From the IMG/VR virus record IMGVR_UViG_3300048029_000117, positions 1 through 53,228 of that record: a DNA stretch of 53,228 bases. One strand, given 5' to 3'. Position numbers and translations under genes: made by a program. Position 1 is the first letter of the stretch, and each line of letters begins with the position of its first letter. Of this stretch, positions 27,569-38,441 are shown in pieces. Under the pieces are notes generated by a model. The model did not search any database, was not told where the DNA came from, and saw only the letters and a list, made by a program, of their open reading frames with translations. This stretch comes from a virus. Its lineage: Duplodnaviria > Caudoviricetes.

Positions 27569-29416
27569 ATGGGACAAACAACAATTAAATCAACTGCATT
27601 AGACTTTACTGCAATAAAAAATAATTTAAAAGTCTTTCTTTCACAACAAGACGAATTTACAGATTATAACTTTGAAGCATCTGGTTTGTCAAGTGTTTTA
27701 GATGTTCTTGCATACAATACACACTATAATGGACTAATTGCCAACTTTGCACTAAATGAATCATATTTAGGAACTGCTCAACTTCGTAGTTCACTTGTAT
27801 CACTTGCAGAAGGTATTGGTTATATACCAGATTCAATGAATGCATCACAAGGTATTGTTAATTTATCTTTAAATTTAGAAAGTTTGACAAACAGACCAAC
27901 TACAGTTTCATTGGCGAGTGGTGTGAAATTTAATGCAGTAGTAGATGGTACAACATATGTTTTTCAAACTCAAGAAGAAATAGTTGCAACAGATGACGGT
28001 GCTGGTAGTTACTCATTTACAACTGCAGACAATGTTGCGGATATAAAAATCTTTGAAGGTACATCAACAACAAAAACATTTAATATCACGGCGCAAACAG
28101 AAAATGCCGCATATATTATTCCAGACCAAACTATTGATATTGATACTGCTATTGTTCGAAGTTTTGAAACTCCATCAAGTTCTTCGTTTACAACATTTAC
28201 TGATTTAAGAAAAGCAACATCGTTAACATCTAACTCAACAGTTTATATATTAAAAGAAACACCTAAAGGTGACTATGAAATTACTTTTGGTAACAAAACA
28301 GTTCTTGGTAGGTCACCTGTTGCTGGTAACAAAGTTACAGTTGAATACTTATCTGTTGCTGGTGCAGATGCAAATGGTGCCAAAGTATTTACACCTCAAA
28401 GTCAAGTGACAGTAAACAATGAGAATTTTGCACTACAAGTATCAACAGTATCTAATTCATTCGGTGGTTCTGAAAAAGAAACAGAAGAATCTATCAGAAC
28501 GACTGCACCATTTCAATATGCAACTCAAAATAGAGCAGTTACCGCAGAAGATTATGCAACTCTAGTACAAAGAAACTTTGGTTCATTATTAAATGATATT
28601 TCATCATTTGGTGGTGAAGATGCACTTGAACCAGAATTTGGCGTAATATTTTTGTCATTGCTGTTTAGTAGTGCAATAGAAAATGATACTGTCTCAGGTG
28701 AAGCAATCAAACAAGCAACAAAAGACAGTATTGTAAGTTTATTTAAAGATTTATCTGTTGCATCTTTTGATATAAAATATACTGACCCAGTTATTTCATT
28801 TATTGAAACAAACGTTTTCTTTCAATTTAACCCGAACTTAACAACTCTTACAGAAAACACAATTAAAAATAATGTACAAAGTACAGTATCACAATACTTT
28901 GCAGATAACACTGGTAAATTTAAACAATCATTTAGACGAAGTAATCTATTAACATTAATTGATGCAGTAAGTCCTGCTATTCTATCATCTAGAATGGATG
29001 TAAAAATGCAAAGACGATTTACACCAACATTAACTGCAATTCAAAACCATACATTAAGATATCCACAAAGTATTGCACGAGCAGATGATGAAAACTTTAG
29101 AGTAACTTCAACACCTTTTACTTTTAATGGTAAGACATGTATTATTAGAAATCGATTAAGTTCAAATATACTTGAGGTATTTGACACAGTAAATACAGAA
29201 GTTGAAGTAGATAATGTTGGTTCTTATGCAGAAGATATTGTCTCAATCGTAGGTTTGCAAATAGATGCAATACCTAGTGGTGATTCATTTATAAAAGTTT
29301 CTGTAGTGCCAGATAATCAATCATTTGTTACGCCTTTAAGACAAGATGTGCTTAATCATGACATAGGTAAATCACTTGTAGAAGTAGTAGAAGTAGATAC
29401 AAACGTATTAAACTAA
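27569..29416 (+). CDS. gp6: Baseplate wedge subunit gp6
   Basis: LDF..IK.NLK.FL, FTDYNFE.SGLS..LDVLAYNTHYN and QNRAVTAEDY. Confidence 0.95.
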   Translation: MGQTTIKSTALDFTAIKNNLKVFLSQQDEFTDYNFEASGLSSVLDVLAYNTHYNGLIANFALNESYLGTAQLRSSLVSLAEGIGYIPDSMNASQGIVNLSLNLESLTNRPTTVSLASGVKFNAVVDGTTYVFQTQEEIVATDDGAGSYSFTTADNVADIKIFEGTSTTKTFNITAQTENAAYIIPDQTIDIDTAIVRSFETPSSSSFTTFTDLRKATSLTSNSTVYILKETPKGDYEITFGNKTVLGRSPVAGNKVTVEYLSVAGADANGAKVFTPQSQVTVNNENFALQVSTVSNSFGGSEKETEESIRTTAPFQYATQNRAVTAEDYATLVQRNFGSLLNDISSFGGEDALEPEFGVIFLSLLFSSAIENDTVSGEAIKQATKDSIVSLFKDLSVASFDIKYTDPVISFIETNVFFQFNPNLTTLTENTIKNNVQSTVSQYFADNTGKFKQSFRRSNLLTLIDAVSPAILSSRMDVKMQRRFTPTLTAIQNHTLRYPQSIARADDENFRVTSTPFTFNGKTCIIRNRLSSNILEVFDTVNTEVEVDNVGSYAEDIVSIVGLQIDAIPSGDSFIKVSVVPDNQSFVTPLRQDVLNHDIGKSLVEVVEVDTNVLN

Positions 29417-29417
29417 G

Positions 29418-30455
29418 ATGACACATAAAGTAGACGATACACTAAGAGACGATGGTAGAAGAGAAATATCTCAAGTTACTGGACGAGAGGTTGATAAAGT
29501 TGTTCCAGAACATTTTAAAACAGACTATCCAAAGTTAGTCTCGTTTTTAGAACAATACTATCATTTTGAAGATAGTGATGGTTCACCAAGTAGATTAGTA
29601 AATGATTTATTTTACACAAGAGATATTAATCAGGTAGATGAATCTTTATTAACTTATATTGAAGACGAGTTATTATTAGGACAATCTTACTTTGAAGGAT
29701 TTGCAGATAAAAGAACTGCCGCAAAATTTTCTAATAACTTGTATCGTGCAAAAGGTACAAAGTTTTCAATCGAACAATTTTTTCGTATGTTCTTTGAAGT
29801 TGATATAGACTTAGAATATACAAAAGAACAAGTTTTTAGAGTTGGTGTAGCAGGTCATGATATTGGTGCAGAATCAAGAAAATTTATCACAAATGCTGAA
29901 TTGTTTCAACAGTTCGCATTACGTATTACAAGTGAATTACCATTTAAAAGATGGCAAAGACCATACAAATTATTTGTTCACCCTGCAGGAATGTTTGTCG
30001 GGTCTGCGGTAAGATTAGAAGGAGTCGTACAGAATGACATACTTGCACCAATTAGTTTTGTTGACTCAGACTTAGGACAGATTGATGTGGTAGGTGCAAC
30101 TGCATTTGGTTTTGATGAAGTAACACAATTTTTACCTGAGGTAACTGGTATCGCAAGAGATAGTGGAGATAGTGACGGTATATTTAAAAGAGTTATTATT
30201 GATGATGGTTTACTTACATCTATTGGTAGCACAAGTATTGTTGATATTCAAAAACAATATGAAACACTACGTGCCGCAGAATTAAGAACATCACCAACAT
30301 TTGATGCAGATTCTACTGGTCTTGCGAATAGTGTAAACATAGACTTTAGTAATGCATTTACTTCTGAAACTATGGACCAAGATAGATTTGAGTTTTTTAG
30401 TGCAGATAGTGATGTATATTATTCAAAATTAAGTAATCCTGCACACATAAGTTAG
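29418..30455 (+). CDS. Baseplate wedge subunit gp7-like
   Basis: P.HF...YP.LV.FL..YY, Y..KGT..SI..FFR..F and HPAG; follows gp6. Confidence 0.7.
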   Translation: MTHKVDDTLRDDGRREISQVTGREVDKVVPEHFKTDYPKLVSFLEQYYHFEDSDGSPSRLVNDLFYTRDINQVDESLLTYIEDELLLGQSYFEGFADKRTAAKFSNNLYRAKGTKFSIEQFFRMFFEVDIDLEYTKEQVFRVGVAGHDIGAESRKFITNAELFQQFALRITSELPFKRWQRPYKLFVHPAGMFVGSAVRLEGVVQNDILAPISFVDSDLGQIDVVGATAFGFDEVTQFLPEVTGIARDSGDSDGIFKRVIIDDGLLTSIGSTSIVDIQKQYETLRAAELRTSPTFDADSTGLANSVNIDFSNAFTSETMDQDRFEFFSADSDVYYSKLSNPAHIS

Positions 30456-30465
30456 GAATAATTTG

Positions 30466-30473
30466 TATAAATA
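30466..30473 (+). promoter_or_regulatory. Late promoter TATAAATA
   Basis: Consensus in the intergenic gap. Confidence 0.8.
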
Positions 30474-30494
30474 GAGACATAGGAAAAAGAAATT

Positions 30495-31499
30495 ATGGCA
30501 AAATTAGTAATCGCAAATGGAACGACTGCAAACGATGGTACGGGTGATACTCTTCGTTCTGCCGCTACCAAGATAAATTCAAACTTTTCTGAGATTTATA
30601 CAATCTTAGGTGGTGATTCAACTGCATTAACTTCTAAAATTACATTTGGTGATGGCACAATCATCTTTGAAGGTACAACTGCAGATGCAAATGAAACTAC
30701 AATAATAGCAGACGACCCTGGCGCTGACAGACAAATAGTATTTCCAAATGCTAGTGGTCATGTATTACTAGATTCAAGTACTGCTACATTAACAAACAAA
30801 ACACTTACAAGTCCTGTTTTAACAACACCACAAATTAATGATACAAGTGCGAATCACCAGTATGTTGTTGGAGTATCAGAATTGGCCGCAGACAGAACAA
30901 TTACATTACCTTTACTAACTGGTGATGATGAAGTGACATTTAATGCACATACACAAACACTAACCAATAAGTCACTTACAACACCAACATTAAATGCTTC
31001 CACAGTAACAGGATTAAGCGGAGCGGGTGTATTTAATGATTCTGCAGGTAACGAAGCATTGGTTTTAACAAAGACTTCAAGTGCAGTAAACCACATAGGT
31101 ATTAAAAATAATGCAACTAATAATGGTCCTATTGTTGAAGCACTTGGTACAGATACAAATATTGATGTTCAATTAACTGCAAAAGGTACAGGTGGTGTTA
31201 AATTAAATAGTCCACAAATATTAACTCAAGAAACTAAAAGTACTACTGGTGCAATATCAAATACAGTTCCATTTACAGAATTTACATCGGGAACTGCTAA
31301 AGCAAATTCATTGGCAGATGGTGCCTCAGTCGGACAAATGAAAACACTTGTAGTTTCAGGAGCAGGTACAGTAACACTTACACCTGCAAACTTTGGACCA
31401 GGAACAACATTAACATTAGAACAAAACGAATCTGCAGTTTTAATCTGGGAAGGTACAAACTGGCAAATACTTAGCACATATGGTGGCGCAGTAGCATAA
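30495..31499 (+). CDS. gp9/gp10-like baseplate-fibre connector
   Basis: N-terminal GT.ANDGTGD.LR....KIN.NF.EIY; TLTNKTLT repeats. Confidence 0.75.
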   Translation: MAKLVIANGTTANDGTGDTLRSAATKINSNFSEIYTILGGDSTALTSKITFGDGTIIFEGTTADANETTIIADDPGADRQIVFPNASGHVLLDSSTATLTNKTLTSPVLTTPQINDTSANHQYVVGVSELAADRTITLPLLTGDDEVTFNAHTQTLTNKSLTTPTLNASTVTGLSGAGVFNDSAGNEALVLTKTSSAVNHIGIKNNATNNGPIVEALGTDTNIDVQLTAKGTGGVKLNSPQILTQETKSTTGAISNTVPFTEFTSGTAKANSLADGASVGQMKTLVVSGAGTVTLTPANFGPGTTLTLEQNESAVLIWEGTNWQILSTYGGAVA

Positions 31500-31511
31500 G
31501 GAGAATAAAAA

Positions 31512-32978
31512 ATGGTAGCAATAGTAACAGACCCGCTAAAACAATTAGTTGCGGATTTGATTAAAATAAACGATAGTGATGCAAATAATAATTACTATGC
31601 GGCGATTGGTCGTTCTGAACAGTGGAATACGACAGATACACCACCAACTCCACTAAGAAATTTAGCGGACGAAATAAAGTTTAGAAATTCTATGCAATCA
31701 GTAAAATTAATTGGTGATGTTTCAAGAGTTGTTCCTAGAGCAAACTGGACATCTGGTTCAGTATACGATGCATACGATGATGCATCAATAGGATATCCAA
31801 CAAATACTTATTACGTACTAAACAATAATCAACAAGTATACATGTGTCTTCGTCAAGGTAAAAGTGCGACTGGTGTAGTGCAAGTATCAACAGTAGAACC
31901 TAGTGGTGGTACAAATGGTACTCCATTTAGAGGAACTGATGGATATGTATGGAAGTTTTTGTATTCAATTAGTTCATTAGATGCAAGTAAGTTTCAATCT
32001 GCAAACTTTATACCTGTAAAATTAGTTGAAGGAATAGATACAAACTCTCCTGTTTCTGACCAAGAACAAAAAGGTGTGCAAGATGCGGCGATTAAAGGTC
32101 AAGTTGTAGGTTATGATATTATTACACCGGGTAATTACACTAGTACACCAACATTAACAATTGAAGGTGATGGTACTGGCGCACAAGCAACTGCGGTTTT
32201 GAGTAACAATCAAATTGTTGATGTAAAAGTTACAGATAGTTCAGACAACACTTTTAAACTTGCAAACATGGGACAAAATTATAACTATGCAAGTGTTAAA
32301 ATTACTGGTGGTGGTACTGTATCTGCAAAAGCACAGATTAGACCAATACTTTCACCTCCATTGGGACTTGGACATGACCCAACAGACGATTTAAAATCAT
32401 CATCATTGATGTTTAATGCTAAACCGACAGGTGAAGAAAGTCTTGACTTTATTATTGGACAAGATTTTAGACAAGTAGGATTATTAAAGAATCCAAAAGT
32501 TGATTCATCAGGAAATGTATTTAGACAGTTAATGGTTCAAGGTAGACATTATTCTGGTGATTCAGATTCTGGTGGTGGTACACTCTTTACTGCATCTACA
32601 GGTAGAGCAGTAAGAGGATTACAGTTAGCATCGCTTTCTAATAATTTTACAGAAGATAAAACAATTGTTGGTGGCACATCAGGCGCAAGAGCAATCGTAG
32701 ATAAAGATTCGGGTTCAGGTAGTGGAACTGCATTGTTCTATCATCAAAATGACTCAACAGGATTTGCAAACTTTATTGCTGGTGAGGCATTAACAGAATC
32801 AGATGGAACAGGTGGCGGTAACATAGAAGCATCATCTGGATATGATAGTGGTACTGCCGCATTTATAAAAGCAGAAGTGAATCCATTTACTGGTGATTTA
32901 CTGTATATTGATAATCGTGCGGCGATTACAAGGTCTGCAGAACAAACAGAAGATATTAAAATCGTAATACAGGTATAA
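31512..32978 (+). CDS. gp8: Baseplate wedge subunit gp8
   Basis: VVPR.NW.SG..YD.Y, VY.CL, DGYVWKFLY, FRQVGL.KNP and LY.DNR..I.R...Q.EDIK.VI. Confidence 0.92.
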   Translation: MVAIVTDPLKQLVADLIKINDSDANNNYYAAIGRSEQWNTTDTPPTPLRNLADEIKFRNSMQSVKLIGDVSRVVPRANWTSGSVYDAYDDASIGYPTNTYYVLNNNQQVYMCLRQGKSATGVVQVSTVEPSGGTNGTPFRGTDGYVWKFLYSISSLDASKFQSANFIPVKLVEGIDTNSPVSDQEQKGVQDAAIKGQVVGYDIITPGNYTSTPTLTIEGDGTGAQATAVLSNNQIVDVKVTDSSDNTFKLANMGQNYNYASVKITGGGTVSAKAQIRPILSPPLGLGHDPTDDLKSSSLMFNAKPTGEESLDFIIGQDFRQVGLLKNPKVDSSGNVFRQLMVQGRHYSGDSDSGGGTLFTASTGRAVRGLQLASLSNNFTEDKTIVGGTSGARAIVDKDSGSGSGTALFYHQNDSTGFANFIAGEALTESDGTGGGNIEASSGYDSGTAAFIKAEVNPFTGDLLYIDNRAAITRSAEQTEDIKIVIQV

Positions 32979-32982
32979 TACT

Positions 32983-35900
32983 ATGGCAACAACATTTACT
33001 AAAAATACATTCGGAGTTACCTATAAAGATGACTTCGCAGATAGTGATAATTATCATAGAATATTATTCAATTCTGGTAGGGCAGTCCAAGCAAGAGAAC
33101 TTACACAAGCACAAACTATAACTCAAGAAGAACTTGCAAGACTTGGTAGACATGTATTTAAAGATGGTGCCGCAGTTAACCCTGGTGGTCCAACAATTGA
33201 TAACTCATATGAATTTGTTAAATTATCAAGCACTATTACAGATGACCAAGTTACTTCACTTGTTGGATTAGAATTTACTGGTGCTACATCAAGTATTAAA
33301 GCACGAGTTGTTCGAGTTGCACAAGCAGTTACAGACACTTCTTTAGCAGAATTATCTGCAAGTGTATCGGCAACTGGTGACCCTGCAACTCTTTTTGTGC
33401 AATATACCGAAAGTCCTAGTAATTTATCAGGTACTACACCTGTAAGATTTACTCCAGGAGAAAACATTACTTCTGGTGCAACAACTCTAACAGTTCAGTC
33501 AACAAACACTACTGCTAACCCGTCAACAGGACAAGGTACATTAGTCAGTAATGGTGCTGGTGATTTCTTTGTAAGAGGACATTTTGTTTTTGCTAAAAAC
33601 CAATCTATTTTATTAAGAAAGTATTCTAAGTTTCCAACAGAAGTAGTTGGTTTTGTAGTTACAGAAGATATAGTCACGTTTGCAGACGATGCCGCATTGT
33701 ATGATAATCAAGGTGCAGTACCAAATACCACTGCCCCAGGTGCAGACCGATATAGAATTAATTTAACACTTACAAGAAGTTCAGATGTTACAGGAACACA
33801 AAACTTTGTTTTCTATTGTGACGTAGTTGCTGGTGAGATAGTAGAACAAGTAACAGGTACAGATGACTATAATAAAATAGGTGATGTTCTTGCTTTGAGA
33901 ACAAGAGAAGAGTCAGGTAATTACATTGTTAATCCATTTAGATTGAGTTTAGAAGCAGATTCGGCAGGAGCATCTACAAATTTAATTGCAAACGTATCTT
34001 CAGGAACTGCATACATAAATGGATATCGTTGCAATAAAGAAAAACCAACAAAACTTGTTGTACCAAAACCAAGAACAACAACTACAATTAATAATGAAAC
34101 TGTTGGTGTAAATTATGGTTCATTTGTTACTTGTGATACTATTGAAGGTCTTATTCCTGTTGATGGTTCACGAGTAAATTTATCAACATCAACAACTAAT
34201 CCAGGTGCTAGTATTATTGGTACCGTAAGAGTTCGTTCAATAACAAAAGATGGTGCTAATTTCAGAGCATATCTTTACGATATAAAAATGAACTCTGGAG
34301 AAAACTTTAGAAGCACAAGAACAATTGGTACAGGCACGACAGACTTTTTGAAAATATTACTGACAGGTTCTCAAGCAGTATTAAAAGAAGGTAATAATAG
34401 TGCAATAGTATTCCCTACACCTAGAGTAAGGCCAAAAACTTTATCTGATATTAACTTTGAGGTACAGAGAGTCTTCGCTGGTACAGTAAGTTCAGGAACT
34501 GTTACGTTAACTGCATTAAGTGGAGAGACTTTTGTAAATACTGCTGATTGGATTGTTACTACAGATTCAAGTGGTGACAGAGTTGCTAATCCAACTTTTG
34601 GGTCAGTAGGGTCACAGTCATTAACTATTTCTGCATTGCCAGATGGAGCACACACAATTTATGCAAAAGTAAACAAAAGCAATGGTTCATCAAGAACAAA
34701 AACACTTGCAGAATCAACTGTCACTAGAGCGCCTATTACAAATGGTATTGCTGATGGAACTGCAGGACAATTAGTTTATGTAAAACTAGACCACCCAGAC
34801 ATTTACACAATTGAAGAAATAAAAGATGGTAGTTCAAGTGGTGCTGATATAAGTGCAAACTTTGATTTAGATAATGGACAAAGACCAGCATTTTATCAAA
34901 CTGGTAGAATTATTTTAAAATCAAGTGCAACTGCACCAAGTGGTAATGTTTATGTTAAATACAAACACTTTACACATGGTGCAACAGGTGACTTCTTCTC
35001 AGTAAATTCATATACTGGTCAAGTAGAATATGAAGACATTCCTGATTACAGACCAGACCAAAGAACAATTGTAAATTTAAGAGACGTAGTTGACTTTAGA
35101 GGTATAAAAGCATCTGATAGTGGTTCGTCTGCAGGTGCATTTACTCATACTCACGATTTACCTTCAACAGGTGACATTGTAAATACAGATATTGAATACT
35201 ATTTACCAAGAGCAGATAGAGTTGTTGCAAGTACTGATGGAACATTACAACTTATTTCGGGTCAGGCAGGTTTTGCTAGACAACTGCCACCTGTACCTGA
35301 AAATACTTTAAATTTATTTGAAGTAAATATGAATGGTTATGGTATATCAGATTCAGATGCTAGTGTAAAAACACTTAAGTATAAAAGATTTAGAATGCAA
35401 GACATTGCTAGACTTGAAGAAAGAATTGATGGATTAGAAGAAACAACTGCACTATCATTTTTAGAAGCACAAACAGAAAACTTATTAATTACTGATTCTG
35501 GTGGTACTGCCAGAACTAAGTCTGGTTTCTTAGTAGATAACTTTAACGATAGAGGTTTATCTGATGCTCAAGACCCAGATTATCGTGCATCTGTTGACCC
35601 TAGTACAAACACTTTACACCCACACGTTTCAACACAAAACATACCTTTAATATATGATTCTGGTAAATCTACAAATACTATATTAAAGGGTGATAATGTT
35701 TACTTGACACATACGGAAACTGATGCTATAGTACAAACACAAATTTCTGGCACAGAAAATATTAACCCATTTGCAGTAATAAGTAATGAAGGTCAAATCA
35801 GACTTTCTCCTGCATCTGATACATGGACAGATACTAAATATGACCCTGCAAAAGTTGTTAATCAAGAAGCAACTATTGACATTGGTGATGTTAATGGTCA

Positions 35901-38226
35901 AGGAAATCAAAATGCTCAAGCATTGAGAATGATATGGAATAGTGTTAGACTTAATGGTATTGTCGGTGGTGTTGGTAATTTAGACACAACTCCTTGGTTT
36001 GGTAACTGGGTATGGAACTGGGCAGGTATTGAAACTGCGACAACTACAAGTGTAACTGAAAGATTTACTTCTCAACAATCTCAAAATTTAGGTGGTGGTG
36101 GAGCATTACTTAGAACTACAGAAACTTTCTCACAAAGACAAGTTGTTGGTTCAGGAACAATAAATGAAATAATAGGTGACAGAACTGTATCGTTAACATT
36201 TATACCTTTCATGAGACCAAGATTAGTGTTCTTTAGAGCAGAAGGTTTAAGACCTGCAACTAGATACTATCCATTCTTTGATGGTGTGTCATTTGATAAT
36301 TTTGTAAAAGCAGAAACTTTTAAAGATGTTAGTGGACAAGAGTATAGAGGTAATCAGTATCAAAATTTAAATGCTCACCCTAATACTTCATCGACTTTAG
36401 TGACTGATGCTTCAGGTAAAGTAGAAGGTTCATTCTTAATACCATCTTCTGATACAAATAAATTTAGAGTTGGTGAAAGAGAATTTAAGTTATTAGATAT
36501 TTCTGTTGATGATGAACCATCTTCAACTTCTGTTGCTTCTGCAATCTTTACTGCTAAAGGCACATTAGATACTAGACAAGAAACTATACGTTCAACTAGA
36601 CTAACTGTTACTGCGACAAGACGTTGGGACACAGTCACATGGCATGACCCACTTGCACAATCATTTAGGGTAACTGCGCCAAATGGTATGTTTATAACTA
36701 AAGTACAATGTTATTTTGCTACTAAAGACGATGCTATTCCTGTACAATTACAAATAAGACCAATGGTTAATGGTCACCCAAGTTCATCACAAATTTTCCC
36801 AGGGTCATCTGTATTTGTTAATCCTGGAAGTGTAAATACTGCGACAGGTACTCAAGCAAATGCTCTTGCGGCACCAACAGATTTTGTTTTTGACGAACCA
36901 ATATTCTTAAATGCAGACACAGAATATGCAGTTGTACTGCTTTCAGATTGTACAAGTTATAATGCATATGTTGGTAGAACTTATGAATTTGAACTAGGTA
37001 GTACTGAGAAAAGAATTAACAAACAACCTTCAATGGGTAGTTTATTTAAATCACAAAATGGTACTACATGGGAACCAGACCAAACACAAGACTTGGCATT
37101 TAAAATATCTAAAGCACAATTTACGACTGCTGGTGGTACTGCAACATTTGAAAATGCAAGTGTGCCAAAACAAAAATTAATTAATAACCCAATACTAACT
37201 ACTGCAAGTAGTAAAGTCATAAATGTATTAATGCCAGACCATGGATTACATGTTAATGATACTGTCATGATTGAAGGTGTCAGTATTACTAATGGACAAA
37301 ATGGTATTGATTCTTCAGGTACTTTGAACCAAGGAAGTCTTCACGCCAAACATACTGTAACTGCAGTAGATGGTAATGGTTTTCAATTCAATGCGCCTCA
37401 GTCAGGAAATGCAAGTGCATCTGGTTATATAGGTGGTGATAATGTTACATGTACTAAAAACATAGAATTTGATATAGTTGTACCGACTATGGACACACTT
37501 TTACCAGAAGATACTACATTTAATTTAGGTGCGAAGTTTACTACAGGTAAATCTCTTGCTGGTTCAGAAACAAGATTTAGTAAAGATGATAATTTCTCAA
37601 ATGATATTAGACTAGGTGACGAGAACTTCTTCGATGCTCCTAGAATGATAGCACACGACTCAGATGAAGATGTTGAGTTAGGTGTAGGAACAGGACACGG
37701 TAATAAGTCTGTAGAATTACGAGCAACTATTGATACAATTAGAGCAGACGTTTCGCCAGTAATTGATACACAAAGATGTTCATTGACTACAATTCATAAT
37801 AGAATTGATAAACAAGCAAGTGGTGCCACAACAGGGTTTAATGTTCCGTTGTTTTTTACTGCTGAAACAGAACCTCAAGGTGGGTCACATATCAGTAAGC
37901 ATATAACTAGACCTATTACTTTACTAGAAGATGGAGTGAATTTAAAAGTAATATTTAATTCTCGTAGACCTGCAGAAGCAGATTTTGAAGTTTACTTTAG
38001 AACTGCAAATGAAGGTGTAAATATACACGAAGAACCATATACACTTATGCCATTAGAAAGTCCTGTTGGTGCAGACGAATCTAATTTCTTAGAATACAGA
38101 TATAATGCTCACCCTAATGAAATAGAAGCATTTAATCAGTATCAAATAAAAATTGTGTTTAGGTCAACAAACTCGTCTAAACCACCTTTATTTAAAGATT
38201 TAAGAGTTATAGCAGTTTCTACATAA
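32983..38226 (+). CDS. Large virion structural protein (VrlC/DUF4815-like)
   Basis: Y.DDF...DNYHRILF..G..VQARELTQ, APGADRY, M.DI..LE.RI..LE, KSGF.VDNF and DPLAQSF; follows gp8. Confidence 0.8.
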   Translation: MATTFTKNTFGVTYKDDFADSDNYHRILFNSGRAVQARELTQAQTITQEELARLGRHVFKDGAAVNPGGPTIDNSYEFVKLSSTITDDQVTSLVGLEFTGATSSIKARVVRVAQAVTDTSLAELSASVSATGDPATLFVQYTESPSNLSGTTPVRFTPGENITSGATTLTVQSTNTTANPSTGQGTLVSNGAGDFFVRGHFVFAKNQSILLRKYSKFPTEVVGFVVTEDIVTFADDAALYDNQGAVPNTTAPGADRYRINLTLTRSSDVTGTQNFVFYCDVVAGEIVEQVTGTDDYNKIGDVLALRTREESGNYIVNPFRLSLEADSAGASTNLIANVSSGTAYINGYRCNKEKPTKLVVPKPRTTTTINNETVGVNYGSFVTCDTIEGLIPVDGSRVNLSTSTTNPGASIIGTVRVRSITKDGANFRAYLYDIKMNSGENFRSTRTIGTGTTDFLKILLTGSQAVLKEGNNSAIVFPTPRVRPKTLSDINFEVQRVFAGTVSSGTVTLTALSGETFVNTADWIVTTDSSGDRVANPTFGSVGSQSLTISALPDGAHTIYAKVNKSNGSSRTKTLAESTVTRAPITNGIADGTAGQLVYVKLDHPDIYTIEEIKDGSSSGADISANFDLDNGQRPAFYQTGRIILKSSATAPSGNVYVKYKHFTHGATGDFFSVNSYTGQVEYEDIPDYRPDQRTIVNLRDVVDFRGIKASDSGSSAGAFTHTHDLPSTGDIVNTDIEYYLPRADRVVASTDGTLQLISGQAGFARQLPPVPENTLNLFEVNMNGYGISDSDASVKTLKYKRFRMQDIARLEERIDGLEETTALSFLEAQTENLLITDSGGTARTKSGFLVDNFNDRGLSDAQDPDYRASVDPSTNTLHPHVSTQNIPLIYDSGKSTNTILKGDNVYLTHTETDAIVQTQISGTENINPFAVISNEGQIRLSPASDTWTDTKYDPAKVVNQEATIDIGDVNGQGNQNAQALRMIWNSVRLNGIVGGVGNLDTTPWFGNWVWNWAGIETATTTSVTERFTSQQSQNLGGGGALLRTTETFSQRQVVGSGTINEIIGDRTVSLTFIPFMRPRLVFFRAEGLRPATRYYPFFDGVSFDNFVKAETFKDVSGQEYRGNQYQNLNAHPNTSSTLVTDASGKVEGSFLIPSSDTNKFRVGEREFKLLDISVDDEPSSTSVASAIFTAKGTLDTRQETIRSTRLTVTATRRWDTVTWHDPLAQSFRVTAPNGMFITKVQCYFATKDDAIPVQLQIRPMVNGHPSSSQIFPGSSVFVNPGSVNTATGTQANALAAPTDFVFDEPIFLNADTEYAVVLLSDCTSYNAYVGRTYEFELGSTEKRINKQPSMGSLFKSQNGTTWEPDQTQDLAFKISKAQFTTAGGTATFENASVPKQKLINNPILTTASSKVINVLMPDHGLHVNDTVMIEGVSITNGQNGIDSSGTLNQGSLHAKHTVTAVDGNGFQFNAPQSGNASASGYIGGDNVTCTKNIEFDIVVPTMDTLLPEDTTFNLGAKFTTGKSLAGSETRFSKDDNFSNDIRLGDENFFDAPRMIAHDSDEDVELGVGTGHGNKSVELRATIDTIRADVSPVIDTQRCSLTTIHNRIDKQASGATTGFNVPLFFTAETEPQGGSHISKHITRPITLLEDGVNLKVIFNSRRPAEADFEVYFRTANEGVNIHEEPYTLMPLESPVGADESNFLEYRYNAHPNEIEAFNQYQIKIVFRSTNSSKPPLFKDLRVIAVST

Positions 38227-38441
38227 TGAATAGAGAAAGGTATATACAAGTTGAAGGTAATTCTGGACTTGTGAGAGACAGAACGACTGGCGCTATTTTA
38301 AATGCAAACTCAACTGAAATACAAAAAGCACGATTAAAAAAGAATAAGGAAAAACAACAAGAACAAGAAATACAAGAACTCAAAAAAGATGTTTCTGAAA
38401 TTAAAGTTCTGTTAACAAAATTAATAGAAAGAAATGACTGA
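38226..38441 (+). CDS. Small conserved coiled-coil protein
   Basis: VEG...LVRD..TGAILN followed by a coiled coil. Confidence 0.8.
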   Translation: MNRERYIQVEGNSGLVRDRTTGAILNANSTEIQKARLKKNKEKQQEQEIQELKKDVSEIKVLLTKLIERND